Origin: Planctomycetota bacterium | Lineage (GTDB): Bacteria; Planctomycetota; PLA2; JAEUHO01 | Direction of reading: 5' to 3' | NCBI GenBank assembly: GCA_965223505.1 | Contig: CBDCWP010000038.1 | Location: 96,001-160,000, forward strand | DNA: 64,000 bases | Shown: piece by piece, positions 21,195 through 34,260 of the stretch | How positions within the stretch are numbered: the first letter of the stretch is position 1 | How the letters are laid out: the number at the start of each line of letters is the position of its first letter | Notes under the pieces: model-generated | Databases searched by the model: none | The model's input: the letters and a program-made list of their open reading frames with translations, nothing else | What the model was told of the DNA's origin: nothing | Program-made: the position numbers and the translations under genes

Positions 21195-24177
21195 GCTTCT
21201 CTCCTTCGCCCGTGTCGGGCTTGTCCGCGACACGCGTCAAGTACGCGACCGAGGGTTTCACACCGATCTCTCCCAGGGCCTGCGCGGCGCGAGGTGACTT
21301 CATCTGCGCGGTCACGGAGCTCTTCGGGTCGTTGGTGTTTCCGAAGACGATCGCGTCGGCCGGACAGGCCTGCATGCACGCGGTCTGGATGTCGCCGTCG
21401 CGCAGGCCGCGTCCCTCCCGCTTGGCCGTCGCCTTGGCCTCCTGGATGCGCTGGATGCAGAAGGTGCACTTCTCCATCACGCCGCGCGACCGGACGGTCA
21501 CGTCCGGGTTCAACACCATGTTCTGCAGCCGGTCCTCGCGCGGATAGTCGAACCAGTTGAAGCGGCGGACCTTGTACGGACAGTTGTTCGAGCAATACCG
21601 CGTCCCGACGCAGCGGTTGTAGACCTGTTGGTTGAGGCCTTCCGAGCCGTGCACCGTCGCCAGCACCGGACACACGGTCTCGCAGGGCGCGTGATCACAC
21701 TGCTGGCACATCATCGGCTGGTGAATCGTCTCGAGCTCGTCGCCCTCGCCCTGGAAGTAGCGGTCGATGCGGAGCCAGTGCATCTCGCGCTGACGGCGCA
21801 CCTCGTCCTTCCCCACGACCGGGATGTTGTTCTCGGCCTGGCACGCGATGACGCACGAGGCGCAGCCGGTGCAGGCCGACAGATCGATCGCCAGCCCCCA
21901 GTGGTTGCCCTTGTACGGGTGGTCCTCTTCCCACAGCTCGTCGAACGCATGCGGGTGCGGTACACCCGATGACGGATCTTCCCGATAGGCCGACAGCGTC
22001 GTGTGCGACGCGACGTTGCGGCGCTGCTTGCCGTCGGGCGCGAGATGCGCCGGAACGTCGAGCGAGTGATAGAGCTGCGTGCGGGCGAGCCGCGCCGTCA
22101 GCCCCGTCTTCTTGATCGCGACGACGGCGGCGCCAGCCAAGGGCGCCGCGTTCACGCCCACGATTCCGTTCGGCTCGACCGTCGGCGTCGCTTCGATCCA
22201 GTCGGGCCCGACGTCGTGGAACCGTCCCGTGCCCTGGCGTCCGTATCCCAACGCGACGGCGACCGTGTCGTCGGCCTGTCCGACCTGAACGAGCGCGGGC
22301 AGCGAGACCGCGACGGCGCCGTCCGCCTCGAGCTTGACGATGTCGCCGTCTTCGACCCCGAGCCGCTTCGCCGTCGCCGGCGAAAGGCAAGCGTAGTTGT
22401 CCCAGGAGACCTTCGAGACGGGGTCCGGAAGCTCCTGCAGCCAGGGATTGTGCGCGTGCCGCCCGTCGGTCATCGCGACTTTGGGATAGAGCACGAGATC
22501 GAGACGCTTCTGCTCGTCGGGCTTCCATGCCGCCGGCGATTCGAGCGCGCCCGCGTCGAACGATCGCGACGAGGCTTCCACCTGGTACCGGCAGAATCCG
22601 TCGTGCAGCGACTGGTTCCAGAACACGTCGAACGACGTCGGTTCCAATACGTTCGGGAAGATCGCCGTCTTCCAGACCGCGCGCATGATCGCGCGATCGT
22701 CGCGATCGTCGCCGCTCCACTTCGCCAGACTCTCGACGACCGCACGCGTCTGACCCAACGGCGCGATCGTCGGCTGACTGACGGTGATCGTTCCCTTGAC
22801 CGGCTCCGCGTCGCCCCAGGCCTCCAGCGGATGGTGGTCGGGGCAGACGTAGTGGGCGACCGACGCGGTCTCATCGACGCGCTCGGCGAAGCTCACGACG
22901 AGGTCGACCTGCGCGATGCCCTCGCGCAGCGTCTCGGCATCCGGAAGGTCGAAGAGCGGGTTACAACCCGCGATGAAGAGTGCGCCGACCTCGCCGGCCG
23001 CCAGCTCGTCGCGCAGCGCCGCGAGCGCGCGGTCGTCGCCGGTCCGCTGTAGGGACGGACGATCGAGATCGATGACGCGCTGCTTGTTCGACGCGTCGTC
23101 CGCGCCCAACAGGTGGTTGAGATACGCGGCGATGCGCTGTGTGTTCGCGTCGTCGACGTCGCAGACGACGACCGCGCTGCCTGCGGGTGCGGTCGCGAGG
23201 CGCTCGGCGACCTCGTCGAGCAGTGCGGGGTCGGTCTTCGGCGCCGGGCCCTGCGCCCACGGCGCCTTCGTGCCCTTGCGGCCCGCGACGCGTTCGGCGA
23301 GCGCCGAGACTACCAGCGGCAGATCGCGCGGCGCCGTGACGACGCGCCGGTCGGCGTTCGTCCCCGTCAACGACACGCGCGACTCGAACTGCACGTGGTG
23401 GCAGAAGGCGGTCGCACCGGCATCGAGGTTCCGCGCGGCCTGCCATCCGCGGGTGTGGTCCACCGGTGCGACCCAAGTTCCCAGGAAGTCCGCGTCGACG
23501 GACACGATCACGCGCGCGTTCTCGAGCCGGAAGCGCGGCAGCATGCGCTCGCCGTAGAGCGCCTCGTACGCGTCGAGCATCGCCGAGCTGGAGAGCGCGT
23601 CGTAGCTGACGTGCTTGCTGTCGTCGAACCCGCCGAGGAAACGCTCGATCGTCGCGCGCGCGGTCACGCCGTTCACCGTGCCGCTGAGGAACCGAACGCG
23701 CTTGCCGGCGCGCTTGATCTCGCCGAGCTTCTGCTTGATGGCGCCGTCGACGGCGTCCCACGTTCCCGGATTGCCCTTCACCAGGGGTTGCTTCAGCCGT
23801 TGGCCGTCATAGAGCGACAGAATGGAGGCCTGGCCGACGGCGCACGTGCTGCCCTTCCCGCCGGCGAACGGATGCAGGCTGTTGCCCTCGATCTTGATCG
23901 GCCGGCCGTCCCGGACCTTCGCGACGACGCCGCAGGCGGCGGGACACGCGCCGCACTGGGTCGCGTAGTACGCGGACGTTCCCGGCGTCACCTCTTCCGG
24001 CTTGTCGTGGAAGGGCACGATGTCGTGCTCTTCGCCGCGCGAGCAGCCCGGCAGCACGGCGACGCCGAACGAGAATCCGGCGAGCTTCAAGAACGCGCGA
24101 CGGGACGGCGAGAGACCCGCGAGCAGCGGGATGCCCTCCTCGTCGAGCCGGATGGCTTGTGTGTCGTGTTCCGACAT
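21187..24177 (-). CDS. actB: Alternative complex III subunit B (TAT lipoprotein; molybdopterin-oxidoreductase-like + Fe-S domains)
   Basis: SRRAFLK TAT motif and LPGC lipobox; [20 protein letters not shown]-terminal Fe-S motifs [42 protein letters not shown]. Confidence 0.93.
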
Positions 24178-24186
24178 GTCGGCGTC

Positions 24187-24840
24187 CTAGTAGTGGCACG
24201 CGGCGCAATCGAGCGACGCGTTCACCTGTTTCCCTGCGACGCCGTTCTCGTTGACGTCGCGATGGCAGTTCACACACCAGCCCATGCGCAGCGTTTCGTG
24301 CTGGTGCATGCGCTCCATGTTCCGCACCTCCCCGTGGCACGTCTCGCAGCTGACATCGGCGTTCACGTGCACGCTGTGGTTGAAGTAGACGAAGTCGGGA
24401 AGCCGATGGACCTGCTTCCACTTGATGGCGCTGGCCGGCGTCGATTCGTCCGGATTGAGGTTCTCGTCCAGGCCCTGCGCCTCGTAGAGCCTCCGCAGCT
24501 GCTCGGAGACCAGATGACGCACCGGGCGTCCCTGCGCCTTTGCGTCCTCTTCTTCGGCGCGCATCGCGCCGAACGACGTCCGCACGATCTTGTGGCAGTT
24601 CATGCAGATGTCGGTCGACGGCACGGCGGCGTGACGTCCCCGCTCCGCCGAGAAGTGGCAGTAGAGGCAGGGAATCTCGAGCTCACCTGCGTGCAGGCGG
24701 TGCGAGTAGTCGATCGGCTGCTGCGGGCTGTAGCCCTGGTTGTTGCCCGGAAACCGGGTCTCGGCGAGACGCGGCCACAGTGTCAAGTAGACGACCGCGA
24801 CGGCGACGACCAGGAACGTGATGCGCGTGTGTCTCGGCAT
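24187..24840 (-). CDS. actA: Alternative complex III subunit A, pentaheme cytochrome c
   Basis: N-terminal TM; QPIDYSHRLHAG; five CxxCH (CLYCH, CMNCH, CETCH, CVNCH, CAACH); LPDFVYFNHSVH. Confidence 0.93.
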   Translation of the reverse strand: MPRHTRITFLVVAVAVVYLTLWPRLAETRFPGNNQGYSPQQPIDYSHRLHAGELEIPCLYCHFSAERGRHAAVPSTDICMNCHKIVRTSFGAMRAEEEDAKAQGRPVRHLVSEQLRRLYEAQGLDENLNPDESTPASAIKWKQVHRLPDFVYFNHSVHVNADVSCETCHGEVRNMERMHQHETLRMGWCVNCHRDVNENGVAGKQVNASLDCAACHY

Positions 24841-24853
24841 GTTGGTTTCCCCG

Positions 24854-26509
24854 TTAGCAGGGAATCTCTGCGTTCTTCCTCGCGTAGAACCACCAGTTGA
24901 CGACCAGGCACGAGAGGTAGTAGACGGCGAAGCCGTACAAGGCGTACTCAGGCGTGCCGGCCTTGATCTGCGTCGCGAAGATCTTCGGAATCAAGAAGGC
25001 GCCGTACGCCGCGACGGCCGACGTCCAACCCAGGACGGGGCCGGCTTGATCCTTCGGGAAGATGATCGGGATCATCCGGAACGTGGATCCGTTCCCGACA
25101 CCCGTCGTCGCGAAGAGCAAGATGAACAGAAGCAGGAACGGAACGAAGTACTCCTCCGGGGTGTGAGAAGCGTTCGCCTGCGAGACGAAATACCCGGCGC
25201 CGATGGTGGCGCCGATCATGATGACCGTGTCCCACTGCGTGACCTTCGCGCCGCCCCACTTGTCGGAGAGCCAACCGCCCAAGGGGCGAATCAGCGCGCC
25301 GACGCCCGCGCCGATCCAGATGTACAGAGCGGTCTTCGGCGCGGCCGGGTTGCCGACCGCCTCGGCGAGCACGCTGCCGTCCTCACCCACTCGAATGAAG
25401 CCGAAGACGTCGTCGATCAGCTTGGGGAAGGCGTTGGCGTAGCCGATGAACGACCCGAAGGTCATCGTGTAGAGCCACGTCATGACCCAGTTGTGCTTGT
25501 TGCGGAAGATCGCGAACTGCCCGCGCAGGTTCTCCTGTGTCGCCTTCTGCGTCAGATAGCGCATCGAGAGCAACGTGACGCAGACGCAGACGACGAGGAT
25601 CATGAAGATCTTGAGCAGGACCGGGAAACCGCCCCACGGCGTGATCAGCAGCACGACTCCGACGGTGGCGCCGACGTAGCCGAGCGTCGTCAGCCACAGG
25701 TACTTGCCGATCGCGGCGGACGTCGAGCCGTACTTGTGCTGCGGCAGGTTGTTCATGCCGAAGAAGGCCAGCACGCCGAAGAACGCCAGGATCGGCACCC
25801 AGACGAGTCCCGCGTTCTGAATCCACAGCTCATGATGAACGACTTCGGTCGTTCCCTCGGGCGTGGTCGTCCAGGTGTACGGGGCGCCGCCCAGGCCGCC
25901 GAACGCCCCGAACGTGATGATCCACGGCAGCAGGAACTGCATCACGCTCACGCCGAGATTGCCGAGGCCGGCGTTCAGCCCGAGCGAGAGCCCCTGCATG
26001 CGCTTCGGGAAGAAGAAGCTGATGTTCGACATGGAGGACGCGAACGCGCCGCCGCCGACGCCGGAGAGCGCGGCGAGCACGACGAGCGTCAGGAACGAGA
26101 CGTTCGGATCCTGCAGCGCGACGCCCGCGCCGACCGCCGGGATCAACAGCAACGCGGTCGTCATGAACTTGACGTTGCGCCCGCCGCAGATCGCGATCAT
26201 GAACGAGTTGGGGATTCGCAACGTCGCCCCGGCCAGGCCGGCGACGGCGGGCAGCGTGAACATGAGCGCGCGGTAGCCGTCGCCGTCGTACGACTGCCCG
26301 TCGTTCATGAACGTGAAGTCGAACAGGCTCTTGTCGGCGAAGTGCACCTTCTGGATGAACTTCGCGACCATTCCCCAGTACAGCCAGACCGCGAACCCGC
26401 AAAGCAGGTTGGGAATCGAGATCCACAGGTTCCGGTTGGCGATCTTCTTGCCTTCGCCTTCCCAGAACTGCTCGTCCTCGACGTCCCAGCGCTCGAGCTG
26501 TCTACTCAT
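24854..26509 (-). CDS. narK: NarK2-type nitrate/nitrite MFS transporter
   Basis: WDVEDEQFW...ANRNLWISIPNL, AGLGNLG, FGSFIGY and GNGSTFRMI motifs. Confidence 0.92.
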   Translation of the reverse strand: MSRQLERWDVEDEQFWEGEGKKIANRNLWISIPNLLCGFAVWLYWGMVAKFIQKVHFADKSLFDFTFMNDGQSYDGDGYRALMFTLPAVAGLAGATLRIPNSFMIAICGGRNVKFMTTALLLIPAVGAGVALQDPNVSFLTLVVLAALSGVGGGAFASSMSNISFFFPKRMQGLSLGLNAGLGNLGVSVMQFLLPWIITFGAFGGLGGAPYTWTTTPEGTTEVVHHELWIQNAGLVWVPILAFFGVLAFFGMNNLPQHKYGSTSAAIGKYLWLTTLGYVGATVGVVLLITPWGGFPVLLKIFMILVVCVCVTLLSMRYLTQKATQENLRGQFAIFRNKHNWVMTWLYTMTFGSFIGYANAFPKLIDDVFGFIRVGEDGSVLAEAVGNPAAPKTALYIWIGAGVGALIRPLGGWLSDKWGGAKVTQWDTVIMIGATIGAGYFVSQANASHTPEEYFVPFLLLFILLFATTGVGNGSTFRMIPIIFPKDQAGPVLGWTSAVAAYGAFLIPKIFATQIKAGTPEYALYGFAVYYLSCLVVNWWFYARKNAEIPC

Positions 26510-27245
26510 CGGCGCCCTCGCTGTTCGGGGCCGTCGGCAGCACGCGCTGCGTTCGACGCTCGTAGTTCCAGCGCACGACCTGCGTCTTGCGCCAGAGGTA
26601 CATGTTCGGGATGACCAGCACGTGCACGAGCCGCGTGAACGGGAAGAAGGCGATGAGCACGAAGTTGCCGACGATGTGCCACTTCACGAGCGCCGGCATC
26701 GGCGTCACGTAGGAGATGTCGGGGTTGAGCTTGACCAGCGACCAGAGATAGGGCGACAGGGTCGACGCGAACCAGGACGATCCCCAGTTGTAGGTGACGG
26801 CGATCGCGATGCCCGTTCCGATCTGCCCGAGAAGCATGAGGTACAGGATCCAGTCGGCGGGGCTGGTCACGATGCGCGCGCGCGACGAGCGCATGCGCCG
26901 AATGATGATGTTCACCATGCCGATGACGGTCAGGACGGCCGCGATCAGCGCTGTCACCTCGAGGATGATCAAGCGCAGCGGGTCGCCGTTCCACCAGAGG
27001 ATGGAACGCGGAATCAGGAACGCGACGACGTGTCCGAGCAGCACGAACAGCAGGCCGTAGTGAAACGGGACGAGCGCCCAGAAGTGGCGGTCGTTCTCCA
27101 GGAACTGGGACGAGAGGCTCGAGTACGTGAACGCCCGTTGGCGGTACCGCTGGATCGTCACCACGAAGAACAGGATCATCGCGACGTACGGGAACACCGC
27201 GTAGAGCAGGGTGTCGAGGTAACCGAATTCAGAGCTTCCGGGCAT
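26502..27245 (-). CDS. narI: Respiratory nitrate reductase gamma subunit (diheme b)
   Basis: SSLSSQFLE, FHYG...GH, WH...FPFTRLVH; all four heme-ligating His present. Confidence 0.94.
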   Translation of the reverse strand: MPGSSEFGYLDTLLYAVFPYVAMILFFVVTIQRYRQRAFTYSSLSSQFLENDRHFWALVPFHYGLLFVLLGHVVAFLIPRSILWWNGDPLRLIILEVTALIAAVLTVIGMVNIIIRRMRSSRARIVTSPADWILYLMLLGQIGTGIAIAVTYNWGSSWFASTLSPYLWSLVKLNPDISYVTPMPALVKWHIVGNFVLIAFFPFTRLVHVLVIPNMYLWRKTQVVRWNYERRTQRVLPTAPNSEGADE

Positions 27246-27875
27246 GGTCCACCTCCACGCCGTCCGTGTACGCCTTGGGCGGGTACTGGGGCGGCAGCGC
27301 GCACGAGGAGCCGCACTCGTAGGGCTCCGCCTGCGTCGCGGGAACGTCGACGGCTTCGACCTGCGTCTCGCCGTATTCCGCTTCGAGCGCCGTAAGCAGG
27401 TCGCGCAGCACCTGCCGGTACGGACTGTCCTTGTCATCGAAACCGGCGTTCATCTTGAAGAGCGCCGGCTGGACGTAGGTCGTGCTGAAGAGGCCCGCCT
27501 TGCCTTCCGGCAGGCGTCCGAGGACGCGCAGGCCGGCGGTGAGGTGGTCGGGCAGTTCCGTGCCTTCCTCGACACCGAGCGCTCGCAGGAGCTGGCGCAT
27601 CTCGACCAACATCGCGCCGCGCGCGTAGTCCTCGCCGTACAGGTGCCAGCCCATCTCGAGCGAGCAGACCGGATTGATGTCGAACGTACGCGTGTAGTGC
27701 TCTTCGGCATCTTCCGGCGTGCTGTCGTTCAGGAACACGCTCAGCGCCAACGCGCCCTCGCCGGGGAACTCGTCGTCGCGAGCGATCAGGTCGCATGCTC
27801 GGATCAAGCCGCACGTGCGATCGGCGTCCGGATAGCGCAGGATCTCCGCCACCGCGTCGAGAACGTCGCGCTTCA

Positions 27876-27876
<1 letters not shown>
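27229..27876 (-). CDS. narJ: Nitrate reductase maturation chaperone (delta subunit)
   Basis: LRYPD, YTRTFD, GEDYARG and ELPDHL motifs; lies between narH and narI. Confidence 0.9.
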
Positions 27877-29366
<1,490 letters not shown>

Positions 29367-29386
29367 GTGCCCTATTCCTCTCTCTC

Positions 29387-32300
29387 TCACCACATGAGCC
29401 GGGGCAGCTTGCGCACGTAGACGTGCGTGTCGCGGTTGCACCCGGTGGGGCCCCAGTAGTTGAAGTGGAATGTGAACTGCCCGTAGCCGCCGACCATCAA
29501 GTTCGGCTTCAGACGCGTACGCGTCAGACTGTTGTGCCCACCGGCGCGCCGGTTCTTGCGCAGCGGGGAGCGCGGAACGCCGTAGGTGCGTTCCGGCGAG
29601 TGGTAGATGATGCAGATGCCGCGCGGAATGCGCGCGGAGACCGCGGAACGCGTGACGACGACGCCGTGGTCGTTGTGGACCTCGACCCAGTCGTTGTCGT
29701 CGATGCCGAGGTGCTCGGCGTCCTTGTCGTTCATCCAGAACGGCTCGCAGCCGCGGGACAGCGTCGTCATGCGCTCGTTGTCGCCGTACGTGGAGTGGAT
29801 GTGCCACTTGCCGTGCGGCGTGAGGTAGTTGAGCATCAGCGTAGGGCCGACCTCCTCACTCACGCGCAGGTCCGCGTACTCCGTCGGGAGCGGCTTCGGC
29901 TTGTACGTCGGTAGGTGCTCGCCGAACTGGATGTAGCCCGGATGATCCAGATACAGATGCTGGCGTCCGGTCAAGGTGCGGAACGGAACCAGCGTGTCCT
30001 TCTGGAAGGTGAACGGCGCGTAGGGCCGGCCGTCGTTGATGAGCCCCGACCACATCGGGCTGTTGATGAAGCGCTGGGGGCGCGCCTGGATGGTCTCGAA
30101 GTCGCACCGCACCGCACGCGTGTCCTCGGCCAGGTGCGTGAGCGGAATCCCCGTCTTCTTCTCGAGGTTCTTGTACGAGCGGAAGGCCAGCTCGCCGTTG
30201 GTCACCGTCGCGAGGTTGAGTACGGCGTTGCAGGCCTGCTTCGCGTCCTTGATGGACGGATAGGTGCTGCCGCCCCAGTGCTCGACCGGCCAGGTCGCGA
30301 CCATCTCGTCGTAGAAGTCCTCGCACATGTAGTGCGTGCCGTGGGCCCCGAGGCCACCGGAGCGCACGTTCGGACCGAGCGAGATGTACTGGTTGTAGAG
30401 GTTCTTGTAGTCGCGCGTGACGACCTTGAGGCCGGGCATGGTCTTGCCGGGAATCGCATCGACCTCGCCGTCGATCCACTCCTTCATGTCGGTCTGCGCG
30501 ATCTCGGCCGGCGTGTCATGCGCGAGCGGCGCCGCGACGATGTCCTTCACGGGCTCGGGGAAGTGGCGCTCGGCGAGCTCAGAGAACCGCTTCGCGATCG
30601 CCTTGAAGATGTCCCAGTCGCTCTTCGACTCCCAGCACGGCGGCACCGCGGGCGCCAGCGGGTGAATGAACGAGTGCATGTCCGTCGAGTTGAGATCGGC
30701 CTTCTCGTACCAGGTGGCCGCCGGCAGGACGATGTCGGAGTAGAGCGCCGACGTGTCCATGCGGAAGTTCAGGTCGACGACGAGGTCCATCTTCCCCTGC
30801 GGCGCGATCTTGTGCCACGCGACCTCCTTGATGGAGTCCTCGGCGATCGGCGTCGCGATGTCGTTGTGGTGCGTTCCGAGGTAGTGCTTGAGGAAGTACT
30901 CGTGTCCTTTGCTGGACGACATGAGCGCGTTGCCGCGCCAGATGTACCAGACGCGGGGCCAGTTCTCGGGCGCGTCCGGATCCTCGACGGAGAACTTCAT
31001 GTCGCGGTTCTTGAGCTGCTCGATGACGTGCTTGACGACGCCCTTCTCGTCTTTCGCGCCCGCCTCTTCGGCCTCCTTGACGAGGTCGATGGGGTTCTTC
31101 TCGAACTGCGGGTAGAAGGGCAGCCAGCCGTTGCGCACGGCGCGCACCTGCGCGTCGATCGTGTGGCCCTTCGCGAGACTGTTCTCGGGCTGCACCTGCG
31201 GCACGGTGTGGTAGTCGGTGAACTCCTTCTCGTAGCGCCACTGGTCGGTGTTCACGTAGTGCCATGACGGTGCGTTCTGAAGCCGCACGGCCGGATACCA
31301 GTCCTTGCCGAACGCGATCGAGCCCCACGACTCGCCGGGCGCGAGCTTCTCCTGGCCGACGTAGTGGGCCAAGCCGCCGCCGTTCGTCCCGACGCATCCG
31401 CAGAAGAGCAGCGCGTGGATGCCCGCGCGGTACATGAGATTGGCGTGGTACCAGTGGTTGATGCCCGCGCCGATGATGATGGTGCACTTGCCGCCGGTGT
31501 GCTCGGCGGTGCTCCCCCACTCGCGCGCGAACTGGATGAGGTCCTTGCGGCCGATGCCGGTGTACTTCTCGGACCACGCCGGGGAGTACGGCGCGTTCTC
31601 GTCGTCGTAGCTGGTGGGGTAGTCGCCCTCGAGCCCGCGCGGTACGCCGTACTGAGCCATCATGAGGTCGTAGACGGTCGCGACCTTCACGGTCGACCCG
31701 TCTGCCAGCGTGATGTGCTTGACGGGCACGCCGCGCAGGAGCGGACGCGCGTCGGCGAAGTCGTCCAGCTCCACCGACATCTGCTCGTCTTCCTGGCCGA
31801 GCAGCGTCAGCGCCGGGTCGATGTCCTCGCCGCTCTCCGGGTCCTTGAAGAGCAGGTTCCAGCTGCCGTTCTCCTCGCCCCAGCGGTGTCCGGACGAACC
31901 GCCGGGCATGCGCGCGTCCCTGGACAGCTCGTCCCAGATGAGGAACTTCCAGTCGCCGTTCTCGCTCTTCCCGTAGCGCTCCGTACGGCCGGCGCGCAGC
32001 ATCTGGTCCGGACGCCAGACGCCGTCCTTCTCCTTGAGCTCGACCAGGAACGGCGAGTCCGTGTAGCGCTTGCTGTAGTCGACGAAGTACGGAACCTGGC
32101 GGTCGTGGTGGAACTCCTTGAGGAGCACGTGGTTCACGGCCATCCACCATGCGCCGTCCTGGCCCGCGTTCACGTTGACCCACGTGTCGGCGTACTTGGC
32201 GACCTGGTTGAAGTCCGGCGAGAAGACGTACATCTTCGTGCCGTTGTGCCGAGCCTCGGCCGCAAAGTGGCAGTCGGGCGTGCGCGTCATGTTGAGGTTC

Positions 32301-33034
32301 GACCCCATGACGGCCAACAGCTTCGCGTTGTACCAGTCCGCGCTCTCGTTGACGTCGGTCTGCTCGCCCCAGGTCTCGGGCGACGCGTTGGGCAGGTCGC
32401 AGTACCAGTCGTAGAACGACAGGGAGACGCCGCCCATCAGCTGGAGCATGCGCGCGCCGGACGCGTAGCTGAGCATCGACATGGCGGGAATCGGCGAGAA
32501 GCCTGCGATGCGGTCCGGACCGTGCGCCTTGATCGTATGCACGTTTGATGCCGCCATGATCTCGAGCACCGTGTCCCATGACGTCCGGCGAAAGCCCCCT
32601 TTGCCCCGCGCAAGCTGCCAACGGCGACGACGGTCCGGATCCGCAACCATCCAAGCCCAGGCGTCCACCGGATCGCGGTGCATCGCCTTGGCTGTTTTCC
32701 ATGTGTCGAGCAGCGCGCCGCGGATGTACGGATACTTCACGCGCAGCGGGCTGTAGAGGTACCAGGAGAACGAGATGCCGCGCTGGCAGCCGCGCGGTTC
32801 GTACGGCGGGATGTCCGCGTTGAGCTTGGGGTAGTCGAGCCCCTGCATCTCCCACGTGACGATGCCGTCCTTGACGTGGATCATCCACGTGCAGCCGCCG
32901 GTGCAGTTGACGCCGTGCGTGGAGCGCACCACCTTGTCGTGCTGCCAGCGGTTGCGATAGAACTCTTCCCAGCCGCGTCGCTTGGCGCCGACGACGTCCT
33001 GGATCCACGGGAGGTTCTTGCCGTTGGTGCTCAT
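29387..33034 (-). CDS. narG: Respiratory nitrate reductase alpha subunit (cytoplasm-facing Nar/Nxr type; no TAT signal)
   Basis: [38 protein letters not shown] (Mo-ligand Asp region), [19 protein letters not shown] and [11 protein letters not shown]. Confidence 0.97.
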   Translation of the reverse strand: MSTNGKNLPWIQDVVGAKRRGWEEFYRNRWQHDKVVRSTHGVNCTGGCTWMIHVKDGIVTWEMQGLDYPKLNADIPPYEPRGCQRGISFSWYLYSPLRVKYPYIRGALLDTWKTAKAMHRDPVDAWAWMVADPDRRRRWQLARGKGGFRRTSWDTVLEIMAASNVHTIKAHGPDRIAGFSPIPAMSMLSYASGARMLQLMGGVSLSFYDWYCDLPNASPETWGEQTDVNESADWYNAKLLAVMGSNLNMTRTPDCHFAAEARHNGTKMYVFSPDFNQVAKYADTWVNVNAGQDGAWWMAVNHVLLKEFHHDRQVPYFVDYSKRYTDSPFLVELKEKDGVWRPDQMLRAGRTERYGKSENGDWKFLIWDELSRDARMPGGSSGHRWGEENGSWNLLFKDPESGEDIDPALTLLGQEDEQMSVELDDFADARPLLRGVPVKHITLADGSTVKVATVYDLMMAQYGVPRGLEGDYPTSYDDENAPYSPAWSEKYTGIGRKDLIQFAREWGSTAEHTGGKCTIIIGAGINHWYHANLMYRAGIHALLFCGCVGTNGGGLAHYVGQEKLAPGESWGSIAFGKDWYPAVRLQNAPSWHYVNTDQWRYEKEFTDYHTVPQVQPENSLAKGHTIDAQVRAVRNGWLPFYPQFEKNPIDLVKEAEEAGAKDEKGVVKHVIEQLKNRDMKFSVEDPDAPENWPRVWYIWRGNALMSSSKGHEYFLKHYLGTHHNDIATPIAEDSIKEVAWHKIAPQGKMDLVVDLNFRMDTSALYSDIVLPAATWYEKADLNSTDMHSFIHPLAPAVPPCWESKSDWDIFKAIAKRFSELAERHFPEPVKDIVAAPLAHDTPAEIAQTDMKEWIDGEVDAIPGKTMPGLKVVTRDYKNLYNQYISLGPNVRSGGLGAHGTHYMCEDFYDEMVATWPVEHWGGSTYPSIKDAKQACNAVLNLATVTNGELAFRSYKNLEKKTGIPLTHLAEDTRAVRCDFETIQARPQRFINSPMWSGLINDGRPYAPFTFQKDTLVPFRTLTGRQHLYLDHPGYIQFGEHLPTYKPKPLPTEYADLRVSEEVGPTLMLNYLTPHGKWHIHSTYGDNERMTTLSRGCEPFWMNDKDAEHLGIDDNDWVEVHNDHGVVVTRSAVSARIPRGICIIYHSPERTYGVPRSPLRKNRRAGGHNSLTRTRLKPNLMVGGYGQFTFHFNYWGPTGCNRDTHVYVRKLPRLMW

Positions 33035-33924
33035 ACCGTCGTTCCTTCCTTGGGCGCAGCGGCCGCCGAGGCGCGTCCCTCCCAAGAAGCGCGCTTGATC
33101 AGCGGCTTGCGGACTCCGCGGAAGCGGAATGCCCAGATGCGGTTGAAGGCGCCCAGCACGATGGCGGCGCCGAGCAGGCCCATCAGCGCGAAGATGAGCG
33201 GAGCGTTGCTCGACTCCTCTTGCTCGTGCTTCGCGGTGTGTTCGAAGTACGCGACCAGCCCGAGGATCTCGTCCTCGGTCATGGGGTGCTCGCGGAAGGT
33301 CGGCTGCATCGTCGGCGTCGCGGGCGCGCTGAGCCAGGTGCCGAGCTTGCGGCGGTCTTCATAGCGTTCGAAGACCTTGGTGAGGTCCTTGTCCGAGAGG
33401 CGACCGCCGCCGAACGCCTTCAGCCCGCCGATGTCGTGGCAGGCGATGCAGGCGGCGCCGCCGTTGGCGAGCTGCTGCTCACCCGTGAAGAGCTCGCGGC
33501 CGAGCAGTACGTCCGCATTCGTGAAGGGCCGCATGCTGATCTGGACGCCCGCGAACTGCGACTTCTCGAGCTCGCTCTCGACGGCCACGAGGTCGAGCAG
33601 CTGCTCGGCGCGCTTGCGCGACATGCCGGCGATCGGGTTCATGCGGGCGCCGCGCGCCTCGTCGAGGAGCTTCAGCGCGTAGGGGTCGCCGCTGTCGAGG
33701 ACGCCGGTGGGATCGACGATGAACTTGATGAGCCAGTCGCGGTCCTTGCGCTTCTCGACGTGCTTGAGATCGGGTCCGGTGAGGCGTCCGCCACCGATCG
33801 TGTGACAGCTCGAACAGTTCTGTTTGAAGTCCGTCACAGGGTCTTCGGCGAAGGCCTTCGGACACCACAGGATCGCGATGATTGCCGCGAGGCAGATCAG
33901 CGATGCGCGTCTTGCGATGTTCAC
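33031..33924 (-). CDS. narC: Exported diheme cytochrome c with C-terminal membrane anchor (NarC-like)
   Basis: Signal peptide (AFA); [17 protein letters not shown] and CIACH; C-terminal TM; stop overlaps the narG ATG. Confidence 0.85.
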   Translation of the reverse strand: MNIARRASLICLAAIIAILWCPKAFAEDPVTDFKQNCSSCHTIGGGRLTGPDLKHVEKRKDRDWLIKFIVDPTGVLDSGDPYALKLLDEARGARMNPIAGMSRKRAEQLLDLVAVESELEKSQFAGVQISMRPFTNADVLLGRELFTGEQQLANGGAACIACHDIGGLKAFGGGRLSDKDLTKVFERYEDRRKLGTWLSAPATPTMQPTFREHPMTEDEILGLVAYFEHTAKHEQEESSNAPLIFALMGLLGAAIVLGAFNRIWAFRFRGVRKPLIKRASWEGRASAAAAPKEGTTV

Positions 33925-33961
33925 GGGCAGCCCTCCGTGCACTTGGAGCCGCCGTGCACAT

Positions 33962-33977
33962 AGGAAACGGCGTGCCA
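33962..33977 (-). promoter_or_regulatory. Candidate sigma54 (-24/-12) promoter of the nar-act operon
   Basis: Minus strand TGGCACG-CCGT-TTCCT vs consensus TGGCACG-N4-TTGCW; one mismatch, at the conserved -13 G; 37 bp upstream of the narC start. Confidence 0.5.
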
Positions 33978-34074
33978 CCTCGCGCCCGACGCACCGAAAT
34001 CAGGCCCTCTTAAGTCGTTTCATGGACGCCACTTGCGACAGTGCTTCCACGCCCTACGGGCGCGCCACCGCGCG

Positions 34075-34196
34075 GCGCATACACCGGTATGCGCGTCGAC
34101 GGAGCCGGACGGCGCCGAGGCCGAACTGCGGGCCCCGCCGGGGGTGCATACACGTCGATGCACCGCACCGAGGGGATCGCGTACCGCGCTATGCGG
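34075..34196. promoter_or_regulatory. Three related 20-bp palindromes, candidate activator binding sites
   Basis: 34075 GCGCATAC-accg-GTATGCGC (perfect); 34144 GTGCATAC-acgt-CGATGCAC; 34177 TCGCGTAC-cgcg-CTATGCGG. Confidence 0.55.
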
Positions 34197-34260
34197 CGCG
34201 CGGCGCCTTCACGGCCTCCTTGCTGGCCGGTCCGCCCCGGATTCGGCAATCCCCATCCGG

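Noticed and set aside
33925..34260. FNR/DNR box or IHF site upstream of narC
   Set aside because: No TTGAT-N4-ATCAA. The AATCAG near 33998 lacks the downstream TTR at the required spacing.
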